DNA from: Botryllus schlosseri
Taxonomy: Eukaryota
Assembly: GCA_051294905.1 (NCBI GenBank)
Contig: CM119372.1
Coordinates: forward strand, 372,001-436,000
Length of the DNA stretch: 64,000 nt
Direction of reading: 5' to 3'
Both the position numbers and the translations under genes were made by a program. This document shows, piece after piece, positions 23,817 through 37,800 of the stretch (within the stretch, counting starts at the first letter, position 1; each line of letters starts with the position of its first letter). The notes under the pieces are model-generated. The model did no database searches, was not told where the DNA came from, and worked only from the letters and a program-made list of their open reading frames with translations.

Positions 23817-24787
23817 CGCGTGATCTCTTTTGTTACGACTACTCTGTTAAAAAAGAATTCACAAGCTTCAAAGTCAGAGAGCAGTTGTCATGACAAAGTA
23901 CGAGAAAAAATAAGTCGTAGCAATGGCGTAGCTGTTGTTGTGGCAATCATACGACCGATTTGCTGACTAGGCCTGGGCGCGATGATTCGAGTTAATTTAT
24001 CAACGGGAATTATAGTTTCGATACTATTTTCCACTTTGGAAGACTGTGAAACCTTGGTTGGTCGTATTCGTATCACTATAGATAACTAACCTCTATAGTA
24101 TCACAGCATACGGAACATGTAGTACAAAGTTACGCACGTTAGCGCAAATGTCTGTGAAGTCGTGATCAATCCACAGCATGGTCAATGGTCATGACCATGA
24201 CCACTGACCAGTGGTCATAAAGTGCAATGGAATAGGTATACTCGAAAAGACACCAAACTATCTTTAATGTAATGAAGAACTGGCATTATTCTTTGTGGTC
24301 GCAGAAAGAGTGCACTTGAACTTCCCATGTGATTAATATTGTTATAATACTCGACTCGAAGCCTAACATTCGATTCAGAATCGAATCGCTCAGATACTCG
24401 ATATTTGGTCAGGCTTATAGGTGCGCGTGCAGTAGATACATGTTCATTATTCACGTTGCTCAATTACGCATGGCATATATCTACTCGACCAATTGAAATG
24501 TAGCCCTGAAGTTCAAATCTCATATCGGCGGAATAACCATCGGTTCAGAACAGAACAGATTTCAGTCGCCAATCATTCTTGATACGGACTTGATTGATTC
24601 ATCGAAGCGGTTTTGCTTGAGTTCGACGGCTTATCGAAATGTATCTGCTACCTGACTTGACGATCAAAATAAAACATCGCATCCTGGTAAGTTGTTACTT
24701 CATTTACATGGCTTCATGGCCATTTCCTGCTTCCATTGAATCAGTGTGACACCGTTTATACATGCCTCTGGTTTACGTGTTCTAGAT

Positions 24788-27275
24788 CAGTGCTCTTCAA
24801 CCGGGGTGGTCGTACACCCTAGGGTGTACCAGAATTTGCAAAGGGTGTACCACTCGGATGGGGTGTACAGGGGTGTACCAGATCCGAATTACAATGAGCC
24901 GATGGCTAGCTATCACAAAGGCAGGTTTATGGGTCAGTACAGGTTGACGAACAGGTTAATGAGCAATATGGTACGATGTTATCTCAAAGGTAATTCTCGG
25001 GGATATCTAGAACTCCTAGACTTCTAGATATCCCTGGGTAATACTGTACACCGCTTGATTGTGATGTCATAAGCAAATATTTCTCATATTCATTTAGCCG
25101 TCGGCAATAGACCAATGGTTCCGTTTGGTGTTGGAAAGTATGCAGTTAACAAACATGTGTTCAGCTATAGCAGGGGTGGGCAATTATTTTATATAATAAT
25201 AACACGGTTGAAACCGTGGCGGTTAATTAATGAAATAGCTATCTGCCGTCAGGATTCGAAACAATGTTAAATATGATACGTTTTTAACTCTTTTTAAACC
25301 CCTATCGACGTTCTTCTATTAAGACACTAAAACAATTGTTCTCGAACTTATTTTAGGAACGCCCCGCTTCATGATAGTGAAAATGTTCACGCCCAATCCA
25401 ACGGATGGTTTAATGCCATGGAAGGTTATAGTTGTTGATGAGGGAATTCTATAATATCAAATTTGGACAATACACAGAGCAATAACTATACTATGAGCTT
25501 GGAGTAAATCGCGCGGGGCGCGAAAAAAATACATTTAACTTCGGCTTCGCGCCTCCCTTCAGATGCTTTCGCGGCCCCCAGTTCGAGAGCCACTGCACTG
25601 AAATGTATATAGGATAGTACAAAGCTTGGTCGCTTTGGTCGCTGTATTCCGAGTAGTGTGCAGCTCGAATAGCCTTGATGTTGAGCGAAGTTTGCAGTTT
25701 TCCTGAAGTTCGCCCTCTCTTGACCGAGAGATTTGTGTTTTTGTCATAATTCAAACCCTTACTTCCACCGACATGATTGGCAAAAACTAAAATGACGGGT
25801 CTACCCCTAACTCCAGTATACAAATATTAGTGCGCTAAACCCTCTATGAATTTCAGCTTTCGATTTCCTCTTTTTGACATGAACTTTCATCCTTTATGGG
25901 TGATAGATATTAGGTATGATGATGATGATGAGTCATATAGCAGTCGCGAGCACTGATTGACTGGTTTTACCAAATGCAGATTTGGAAACGCCTCACGTTA
26001 CGATTTGAAACTCGTACCGTATAATGCGTAATGTGACAATCGCAACTAAGAAGGTTTGACCTAAACTATGGAAAGAGTGATTTCTTATGGATTTAATTGT
26101 TGCTCATACTTTGCCACAATGCCTTTATTTTGAATCTGGAGTACGCATGAAAGGAATGTAGGAAGCGTAGTCGTGACATATTAATGAACAGGCTTCAAAG
26201 CAAACGAATTGTCTGTTTAGTTGATACAGCCTAAATTTTAGTCCACGCATCATCATTAAAAAAGCAGGTTGTATGTTAAGAATTCCAAGCAACCTTTCGC
26301 GGGCCGCACAGGATGGCTTCGCGGGCCGCATTTTGCCCGCGGTCCGCACTTTGCCCAGGTCTGAGCTTTAGTCATTTGTCTTTAAGTGATTTTTGAGGAA
26401 ACCGCCTTGATAGCTCAGACTTCTTGAATCGGTACTTCCTACCCGGCGTTAATAAATACCGCAATGCACATGAATGAAGTGACGTAGCCAGCCAGGGTCG
26501 AAACAGCTTCCATGTTGAAATCGAAACCCTTTTGTTTTAAAATGCCGATTTTATATCCTATCTTTCGCCATACATTTGCAATTTAGTATTTTGTTATTAG
26601 TGATGCCAATTAGCGACAATAGACTGTGTATAGCGGCACACGATCTGAGGTTACTGACATCTCTTCCAGCCCATGTGCTACTATCGACTGTGTGTGGTGT
26701 GAGGCAGGCCTGATACGCAGTAGGCTGGTGCGCCTGCTATCATCGCTGATCTGAATTACCGCTTCTGCAGCAGTAGCTTTACTTACTTTCTCCCCAATAC
26801 TGTTAAATTTAGGTTGATTATCGTTTGTAATGTCATGCTATTTTGGGGCTGACACGAAATAAATTCCAATTTGCGTGACGGGCGGCCTAACTGGCTGCGA
26901 ATAAACTCTGTGACCAAATACTATTTTATTCAAATCCATTTTTTTTGACGGCAATAACTCCGCTTCTACTGGTTGGAATAGAATCAAATTTGAAGAACAT
27001 CATTTTCATAGACAACAGAAAAATTTCACATTTTTCGTTATTTATTTTTATATAATAAATAGAAACTTTCTTCTCCCGTAGCAATGCGGCTACTGGTTGG
27101 AATTGAACCAAATTTGGTGTGTAGGCTTAAGTTAGGTAACCTAACAATTTTATCAAGTAGCCAGTACGATTTGAGGAAAAAAGTCATTTTTGAAGACCCC
27201 TAATGAACAGGGGTGTACGAGTTTTGAGCAAACGTTAAAAGGGTGTACCACGTCGAAAAAGGTTGAAGAGCACTG
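24788..27275. mobile_element. hAT non-autonomous element with nested insertions
   Basis: TIR CAGTGCTCTTCAACC...GGTTGAAGAGCACTG; TSD TTCTAGAT/TTCTAAAT; GGGTGTAC subterminal repeats. Confidence 0.85.
25171..26363. mobile_element. Nested hAT (Charlie-like) element
   Basis: TIR CAGGGGTGGGCAA...TTGCCCAGGTCTG; TSD AGCTATAG/AGCTTTAG; GCGGGCCGCA subterminal motifs. Confidence 0.75.
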
Positions 27276-28885
27276 TTCTAAATCAACGCGTGTGTTTGAT
27301 TGGAAGACTACTCAAAGTCCTTTCGACACCTTCCTATCGTTTCATTGTAATCTTGTGGTGTTTTCAATCGATGATAATATCAATAAACGAATTAAAGGTG
27401 TGTAACTTGTAGATTGGGAATTCAGTGTATAGGCCTATTTGAACTTGATACTAGGCTATGCTATGAGGCTATATGCTGATGCACGCATTGAATGATAAGT
27501 CTCTGACTAAAGGACTGGGTTAGGGTTAAGGTTACCTTGATTATCCTAAATCGTATTTCGCAGAATTTGTTATTCTTGTTATTGATTAAACGGTTGGTAA
27601 ATAAAAACTCTCTCTCCCCCCCCTTTTCTCTCTCTCCCCCCCTTTTCTCTCCCTTAGTAAGAATAATGTCGCTATCATTCCGTCTTACGAGATTTTAATA
27701 CGGTTTCATATAGACTGTACTGTTCAAAATACGGCTGTGAGAACGGCCACTGTCGCATTAGCAAATAAACCTGCTTTGTACGAATGACTATGCATAACAC
27801 TAAGTAAATGAACAACTAGGGTCATTCTGTACCAACTGCTGCCGCCCGAGGCCCGATTAAAAATACTTGAGCGAAAGCAAATATGTTTTCGGCCCTTGCG
27901 TACTCTATACGAAATGCAGTCATCTATCAACGATCGCAGGTAACAAAACACATTCCATTGCGAATACTCGTTTGTACATTGGTCGACACTATACGACCTT
28001 GTGTGATTACATTTCCTGAGCTGTCTTTCAATTTCTGGAAACTCTCGTTTGAAAAGCTAAATTTGTGAATGAAAACTTCGATACATTTGAATAATATATA
28101 CACATTGCATTATGTCGTTATAGATATACAATGCTCTTTCCAATTCTCTCCTAGTTGCTGACGATGATCCCTGCCGAGTGTCAGCCGAGAATATCCGGGT
28201 TTATTTCAATATCAAGATAATATTCAATTGTACATTGAAGTTTTGTACCTCCAAACTTCGAGCACGGACATATTCTTAGCATTACGTTGGTAAAAATCGC
28301 GGCGGCCTTATATTTGGGCATGAAAACTTAAGCATATTTGACTATATAATATCTAACCCCGTGGTCAGGATGTACTTCTACTTTGAGTACTCAAGTGAGT
28401 TTTGCGTACTTGCCACACTTACTCAAATGGTCGTGTTTTAGACTACTTGTGTTTACTGTTAAATGTATAGAAGGAGTTTTGGTATAAGTTTGCGTGACTT
28501 TTGTGAGTGAAATTGCGATAAGAACCGCGTAAAATAGCATCTGTAACACGGTAACTGGGTCTATTTGCGAAAATTTCACATATTTCAAAATTTGAAAAAT
28601 CAAAATTTACTCAAAACGTGAAAACCATCCTTTTCTCAAAACGTGCACAATCAATATTTACTCAAAACTTAAAAAATCTTGATTTTCCCCAAGATCCTGA
28701 AAACGCAACTTTGCTACTATCATGTTATGCACCATTTTCGGCAATTTTCTGTGACGTCATGAACAGCTTCGAACAACGTCTCCTTTCGGCAAGAAACGGA
28801 TTTTAATGATACCGCTTAATTCTATGCAAGACAAAGGGAGATCAATCCTCGATCAAAGTTCAATGCTGTGACTTCTTCTATCGAA

Positions 28886-31800
28886 TCAAGCGTACATCTC
28901 CTCCTCCTCCTGACTTTCCTCTTCTTCCGATCCGGAGCACATTCGGGTTTTGCAGAAAAACGGGAGGATGATCACGAAAACGGCCCAAAATATCACGCCC
29001 ACGTAGAAGAATACTTCAGTTACAAGAGATGAGATCACGTCGTCTGGAGACACGGCCTGTAAAACACCCGCCATAGTCAGAGTTTAAAATTGACAGCTTT
29101 TCCAAATTAGACTATGGAATTAGAATTATTGCTATACACAGTTTTTTTTTCAAAATTAGATTAGAATTAAAATGATAGCTACACAATTTTGCTTAAAATT
29201 AGACAAGAATTGGAGTTACAGCTGCACAAGCTTTTTTCCAAATTAGGTGAGAATTACATTTAGATCTGGTCAGATTTTTCCAAATCAGATTAGAATTAGA
29301 ATTAAATTATCGGCATTTCGCTCTAATTAGTCTAACTATAAGACAACTAGAATTATCTAGGTGTCCATTTCTACCTCCAATAATACTCCGACTAAAGATG
29401 CCCAAACTTACAGGTAGCGCCATATATCGAGTGACCCCGAGCATGGGGGTGAAAATCATCATCGGGAAAACAAACAGCCATCCGAACACTTTCAATCCGG
29501 TCACCCACCAAGCCTGGGTCATGTCGACAATGAACTTCAAGGTCACAATGCCGATGGCGACGCAATCGATGCATTTCAGTACGAAACTGACCTGCGATTA
29601 AGAAAGAGTATTAATTTTTGGCACAACCTAAAAACATATCAAATAAACGGTAGCAATAATGATGGTACGCACAAAAATGCTAATACAGGATCAGAGGCAG
29701 TAAGAGTAATCATAATCGGTACTCAAGTAGAAGTAACGTCCTTCATTCCTACTCAAGTGCAAATACAAGTAGTGATTTTAGAGTCAGTAAAATAATTGAC
29801 TTATGATAGGTCTAGTTTTGCCTAAAACTGTCGAGTAGAATTAGAAGTAGTCTAAAATCATAACCGTTGGCGTAAGTTGTCCAAACATGCAAAATCTTCA
29901 TGAGAAGCATCGGAAATTTCTACTTAAGTACGTGCAAGAAGGGATTTCCATGTAAGTAAAAAGTGAATATTCTAAGCCTAGTATTAATACCAACTAGAAC
30001 TAAGCACCTCTAAAATGCGCAACTAGAACTAGAACTACTACTTACTTTTCAAAATGCGAAACTGGAGCTATAACCAGGACTACTCACTTTTTTTAAACCC
30101 GCAATTAAAACTAAGGGCGGAGATGATAAAGTTGGATTAGCAATAAAGTCAATTATCGCGTTCGTTGGGATTTATCAACCCAGGATTGATCTCAGCTCAT
30201 AAAGTTAGTATTAATCTGATGATTTAACAAACCGGAACAAACTATAGATAACTATAGTTCTCTATAAAAACTGCGTACCATTCCTACGCACAAATATTTC
30301 CGATAATGACCGTGTCGACTGTCTCCTATAGGTGATGGCTTCACTAAACAATCAATGAATTATGTACCCGTCATTGCAGAGCGATATCAATATTCTATAA
30401 TCCGTTTCTTAGTTGTACCGTACGAATTGGACACGACTTTCATTCCGCGATGATGATAATTCTAGCTATTGCAGCGGGAGTATTGTTATCAGCAGGCTGC
30501 TGCTTCATTAAACAAATTGACAACTGACAGCTATAGGGCAAGTTTTTGTTGCACTAAAGTCGCGATAAAGTTGCATTAAATTCTAACAAAAGTTGCATTT
30601 ATAATTTTTGTTTAATTATTAGGGTATGAGATACTCGAAAGGTTCCGTGGTATAACTATAGTTCCCGCAGAGCTGTAAAATTTGTTACTTCATTGCCATT
30701 TAACGCACGGTCTGGCGAAACCGCCAAAAATTACATTATTTCGGAACATAACAAGAAAATTACGCAATGCGGATATAATTTATCTCAAAAAGCCAAACAG
30801 CGTAGCGATAACCCCTCCCCATAAAACAAGTGTAATGACACACCTCAAACCCCCTAAGTCTGCAAACTTGACCCAAGGAATTAGAGAAAAACTAACTCTC
30901 GGTGACTTTACCAAAAGAAAAAGCCTGAAAAAGGTGACTTAGTGACAATGTAATTTTCGGCGGTCTCGCCTGGGCGCTCGTGAAATGGGAAACTATTTCA
31001 AATTTAAACGACAGAATTAATAAATGATCTATTTCCATATTGTTCGGGTACGGTTGTGCTTGGCAGGGGTAGTTGAACTTCTTGCTTGTAAGCCATTGTC
31101 TCATAGATAACAGGGAGAAGCAGCTATAACCCATCATATAGCTCTTTGCTTTGCCAATCGAAGAGAATAGACCAGTGGTTCCCAACGTGGGCGATTTGGC
31201 GGTCTAGGGGGGCGAAAATGACGAAGGGGGCGACAGGGGGGCGAAAATGGACAAAGGGGGCGAAAATTGCGAAGGGGGCGATAGGGGGGCGATGACGCCT
31301 CAAAATGGCTGACTTTTTTTTAGTCAACCCACGGAAATTTAGTTACAAAAGTGTGTCAAATTAGACATCGAGCCGAAAATTTGACCTTTTTTTTAGTCAA
31401 CCCGCCAGTGATTACAGTTTGTATGCCCAATTTTCGGTACACAAAATTTGGGGGGCGATGATCGGTGTTGACCTTGAAAAGGGGGCGATTGGTTGGGAAC
31501 CACTGGAATAGACCATACTAGAAATAGTTTATAGCATGTTTTTAAATCACTGCTTTATATTTTAACGCAATATTTGATAGAAGTTGTAGTACAAACTGGC
31601 GTGAAAAATTGAGAAAAGTTGCAAAAAGTTGCACTATAAAATCCCTCCAAACAGCTTAAAGCATCATATTACATAGATTCTGCGCAGCTAGGAAGCTGTT
31701 GGAAGCTGTAAAAAAATTGCAAAAGTTGCAAAAACTTGCCCTATCTGACTGCCTCTAACGACTAACCATCGCGCGTTACCTTTTCCAACTTTATGCGTCG

Positions 31801-34800
31801 CGATTAACAGTATTTAATCACACGATTAGCATTCTTCTGGATCATCTAACTTTATTATCTTCGCCTAAAATGCGTCCCGATTAGCAGTTTTTAATCAAAT
31901 GATTAGCATTCTCCCGGATCAGCTGACTTTATTATCTCCGCCCTAAAACGACTTACTTTTTGAAATCCGTAGCTATAACTAGAACTACACACTTTTCAAA
32001 ATGCTCAACTAGTCAACTTGCAAGATGAAAAGAAGAGGCATTACTGAATGTAAAGTAAAAGAACCGGAATACGTCTGAAATAGACCTGAATAAATCCTGG
32101 ACACGTCCTGGTGCGTATAATATGAATCAGAGTTTCCGCGTTGTGTTGTGAATACTCACCAAGACGACCATCGTCCATTGTACCGATGAATCCGCGGGCC
32201 AGTGCGTCGCATAATTCCAAGGGTTGATGTCGGGACAGTAGCTAGTGAAGCGGCAAGACGCGCATCTGCAAAGGCGGGACTTTCGTTATGGGCAGATATG
32301 TACACTAGGGCTGTTCAAAAATAACTTTTTGTCCAATTTTACTGGCTATGCGATAAAATTGTCCACTTTTATTTAACTGCAGAATCTCAGCGGAGGTGTT
32401 AAAAGTAGCCATCGTCGGTCTACTCAAGTAGGAGTAGAAGTAACGTCGATAATTTGTACTCAAGTACCAACTTCTATATAGGGTTGTAACCAAGTCACGA
32501 GGTTCCGAGTCCCAAGTCAATCTCACTTTTATAGTTTTGACTCTAGTCAAGTCGAGTCATTTTCAATTCACCACCGAATCAAGTCTGAGTCCAAGTCACG
32601 GAGTAGAGTATTTCGAGTCCGAATCATAGTGCTTTGACTCGAGTCCGAGTCCAAGTCATTGGGTTGACTGTTCAGATCCGAGTTAATGTCATGTGAAACC
32701 CACTTTTTACGACTCTGCTCGGTGACATCGAATGCTTCACATTCATAATATACTAATTCCCTCACTTTCAACAGTTTCTGGAAGCATTTTCAGGTACCAG
32801 TACTGATAGACGAAAAAATAATAGTGTGATAACTTTATTATTCGAAATTACAATGAAATGCCTGTCTTGGTAGACCCAGTCTCGAGTCATATGACTTGGT
32901 CCGAGTCATGCACTATGATTCGAGTACAAGTCGAGTCAATACACAAATTGACTCAAGTCGAGTCGAGTCATTTTCCATTTTTAAGAAAATGACTCGAGTC
33001 AAGTCGAGTCACCAAAAAATCGTGACTCGAGTCATTACAACTCTGCTTGTATATCGCTACTTCCACTTATCGAAGTACTTCAAGTAGATTTTATCTACTT
33101 GTACTACACTCCTCGAGTGGTTCTGATTTCAGGCTACTTCTATTTGACCGTTTTCGTTTTTTAGGTAAAACTAGGCCTAGAATACTTTTTACGTACTTGT
33201 AAATTGCTACTTCTATTTCCACTTGATTTGAAGTTGACGACGTCACTTCTGCTTGAGTACCGACAGGGACTATGTCAACCTCAGTTTATCGGTAAAGGTG
33301 TTTGATATATCGATTTTATCGGTATCGGGTTGAAACTCCGATATCGGTCGAACTCTATATACTGATAACGCCCACCTGAGGCCTCCTTCTCCCGATTCCT
33401 CTGCGAAAATCGCCACCGTGATCGCCATGGAAATCGAATAGAAGACGAGGTTGATCAAAATGAACGAGCTCCATTCGTCGCTCAGAAATACGTCGCAACG
33501 TAAGCCGAGACCGATCAGGAGGAAGATGAAGCCGATGATCGTGAACATGAAGAACAGGGTTTGTTCTTTGCGATCTGGAAAGAGAAATTCGATAGATGGT
33601 GAGCAGGCCTGGCTAAAATCGAGTACCTGATGGATTTGATTCACTTTTCAGAACTAGCAATTACAACTAGGAGTACTCACTTTTCAAAAATCGCAACTAG
33701 AACTATATAGCTAGAATTACTCACTTTCCAAATTTCGCAACTATGTAGATTGTAGAACTATATAACTAGAACTATTCACTTTTCAATATCCATAACTAGA
33801 ACTTGTACATGATCCACTCTCATTTTAAAATCCGCAACTAGAACTAGAAATAAGAACGAATGACTTTAAAAATGCGAAACCAGAACCAGAAATAGAACTA
33901 CTCACATTTCAAAATGCGCAACTACTAAAAAAGGAGTAGTTACTTGACCGTCAGCAATCAGCATGGTAGCTTGAGAAATTTTACAAGTCGAGTATTCCAG
34001 TATCACTCATGATGCTTTAACAGTATGAAAGACGTGTGAAGTTAAAATATGCATCTTTTCTGCTATCGCACAGAATCTAATGCCAGTTCTACGTCACATC
34101 AATGATACTTAGTATTTTTTTGACCAAACCTATTTCACTGCACTTTGAGACAATGCTGTGGGTCGATCACGAATTCACTGATATGTCATTTTCACAAACG
34201 TGCGTATCTTTGTACTACATGTTTCGCATGCTGCGATAAATAGCAGTGGAAAATAGCATCAAAACTATAATTTTCGTTGATCAACCAACTCTTAGAGGCA
34301 AGGAACGAATCATTTCAAAACACATCATCTCTCGCTACTTGACTTGAATCATTAAAATTAATACTCTGATTCAGATTTAAGTGCTCGAATCATTGTGCCC
34401 AGCCCTATGAGAGTCAACTCACAGACTGCGTCAGTCATGTCCCGGAACCAGTCGGACCTGGTCTCGTTGTAATAGCTCATGTGTCGGTTGTAGAAATCGA
34501 CCAAGCCGAGACAGAATTCCCCATCTTGTCTCCTGTACAACGTTTCGTTGACGTGTTCCACAACGGGACGTTTCGGCGGCGTCGGTTTCAGGGCTAACAA
34601 TTCCCGCTCTGTCACCAAAGAAAAGAATGCTGGTTATGACTATGGAAAGCTAGAACATTTTCATCAGCTCCAAATTAGATTAGAATAAGAATGATATCTA
34701 CCCATTTTCCAATATAGATAAGAATTAGAATCATATCTGCAGTTTTTCCTAATTTGATTATAATTACAATGATAGCTAACAGAGTTGGTCAGTAACGACG

Positions 34801-37800
34801 TACTTCTAATTTTCAGAGTACTTCAAGTCTATTTTGCCTACTTGATTTACTTCATCAAGTGGTTATGATTTTAGACTACTTCTACTCCACAGTTTTCAGC
34901 TTTTTAGGCAAAACTATAGGCCTGGAATACTCAACGTTTACTTGTTTAGAAATCGCTATTTCTACTTCTACCTCAGTACCGTGGTAACTACTTTGATCAC
35001 CTCCCGAAAGTTTTTTTCCAATTAGATTGGCATTAAAATGATAGTTTCTAGTTTTTTCCCAAATTAGATTCAATTAGAATTATAGTGACACAATTTATTT
35101 TATAAATTAAATTAGAATAAAAATCAAAGTTGGTAACGAGGTACTTTTACTTTTCGAAGTAGGCTACTCCAACTAGGTTTTGCATATAAATGCACCACTT
35201 GCTCAAGTGGTTATGATTTTAGACTACTTCTACTTCTACTTGACAGTTTTCGGGTTTTTAGACGAAACTAGAATCTATACTTTTTTACTTGCTTACTTAC
35301 CACACAGTATAACAAAAATGCGGGTAATTTGGGAGTCGAGCCAATGTGCTGACCTCTTTTTTTGTCAACACAGTACTATGGGTCGAATTTTTTTCAAAAT
35401 CCCCAGTTTTCTTGAAGCTTTGATGATTTATAGAAAAGAGTCCTCTTTTTAGGATCTCAAAATATGGTAGCCCTAAATTAGATAACCAGCATTATCTAAC
35501 TGCCCAAATCTCATCTACAACTGAACTACAATGATTTCACATTCCATCATTCGCCAGGCGTATACCTGGCACGAATTTTCCGCGGTTATTATGTTTTTTC
35601 GGGATTTTCGTCTTCGAAGTCGAATTGCTCGATTCGGTGCTGTTCGAAAACGTGGAATTTGTCGATATCGTTGTCAGAGTAACGTTATCGGTTGACATTA
35701 CTGTTGGCAACGTCGTGACTTCATTGTTAGGCGGCTGGGTTGATTCCTCTGTGGTGCCATCTGTAAGATGAAAGTGGTTAACGTATATATATGAGCAGTT
35801 AGTTTAGCTTAACACTCGGAGATATATCAGCTGCCCAAGACAGACTTGTACTAACTAACTATCTAGTTAGGTGATTGTCAACTAAGAACTGTTTTTTGAG
35901 TAGTTTTAGTTGCTGATTTTGAAAAGTGAGTAATATATTACTATAGTTCTGGTTCTAGTTCAGATTGCGAGTTTTGAAAAGTTTAGTAGTTCTAGCTTTA
36001 GTTTTAAAATAAGTACTTTGTACAAGCCTGGCTTAAGATCTTTATTACCTATCATTTGAAATGCATAAGCATAACACATCCGTGGATTGACGTATAATAG
36101 TTTTAAAACGACGCACTTGATTGCCTCTTCTCGTTATATTAACACTGATACCATAGTCAATACGGACTTTCCTCAAAATTTCATATTTGCTGCTATAAGT
36201 TGCGTTGAATTATTTAAAATTACTCTCATGTACAGACCGATTTTAACAGCTTCTACGTCTTGAAGTACTTCAAGTACTTGCTGTGCTTATTCAATTAGCT
36301 ATATGAGTAGGGCCATTTTTTACCTGAAAAATCCAAATTTTGACATTTTGTGACCCCAAAAAACATAATTTTGACCTCACGTATGTAAATTAGGTGTTTT
36401 CGCACATAATGTTAAAATTGTACCACTTATCTTCATTTCTGGTTGGACCTATCGGTCCTTACGAAGTAGTTTGACATGAAAAAAACGTTCTCGACTGGAA
36501 ACCTGACAAATATTTTCGTAAAAAAACTAGTATATTAACGAAATTCAAGTACGTCACGTATTAAGGTAGAAATATTTCAAATTTGTTGTAGTACAACAAC
36601 GAATTATACTTTCCTATACATTCTCGGGTAGAAAGTCTCTGACCTTACCAAGTACTAGAATAGAGAAAGAAAGTCCAACAGAAGCAGCTGTTGGCTAACA
36701 ACACTGAAGTTGTTCCTATACTGCTGATGACACACCGTGTTGCTTCATTCTGAAAATGTTGCCTACATCACAATTTTTCATCATGTGCTTCTTGATATAA
36801 GAACCATGCAATGCCCAAGCAGTCTTTCTTCAGTTAGGATATTGCGGTACGTTGACCGTAATACCATGTCAACCTATTTGTTTCATTTGAATGTTTATGA
36901 TTCATAATGAGCAGACAATGGCCAATAAAGATGACTACAAACTGTAAAATGCCAAATGATAAGTTCACCGACAGTGCAAAATCTACGATACAAACGAAAT
37001 GCAGGGGTCCAAAAAATTATGACTTTGTAAACAATTTTGACAATTTTGTGACCTAGCTCTTCAATTTTGACAAAATTTTTACCCTAGGTATGAGTATAGA
37101 CTAATTATACTTCTACTTGATAGTTTTCAGTTTCTAGGAAAAAGATAGCCTACAATTATTACCTATTTACTTACTTGTAAATCACTACTTCTACTTCTAC
37201 TTACGTAGAAATTTTCGGCGTTACTTCTACTTGAGCTCCAACCATGACTATTTTGGCCACATCTGCTGGTTCTTACTCACAAGTAGTTGTTGTTGTTGTG
37301 TTGATAATTCGATCCACAATTTCTGGCTCATCCGCCTCTGACACGTCCCGGGATATCCTTTTTCTGGCATTTCCCTCTTGTGCGTTCTTTGAGTTGAATT
37401 GAACCTGAGAGGGAGATTCGCAATGAGAATTAGACAACGAGATAATTCTAGTTGCCAAACTAGACTAGTCTAATTATAATTTAATTGGTAAAATGTTTCT
37501 ATGCTCTCCTTTTAGTTATAATCTAATTTCTAGTTTTCCTGTAAATGCTGCAGGAGACCTGCATCGTGCGAAACGCGCCAGGCTCAATCAACTCTGGTTT
37601 GTTACGAACGGAACTTGAATTTTTATGTGATTCTATCTCATTAGGAATTTGAGTTAAATTGTCAAGCTTTGAGAATTCAATCATTCTATTTCTAATCTAA
37701 TTTGCAAAAGTCGGGAGTTTTCTAGTGGTCCAAATATAGGCCTACGCGCAAGGAGCGAAATTGCCGCGCGGTGGCGCAAAACTGATTCTAGTTCTACTTC

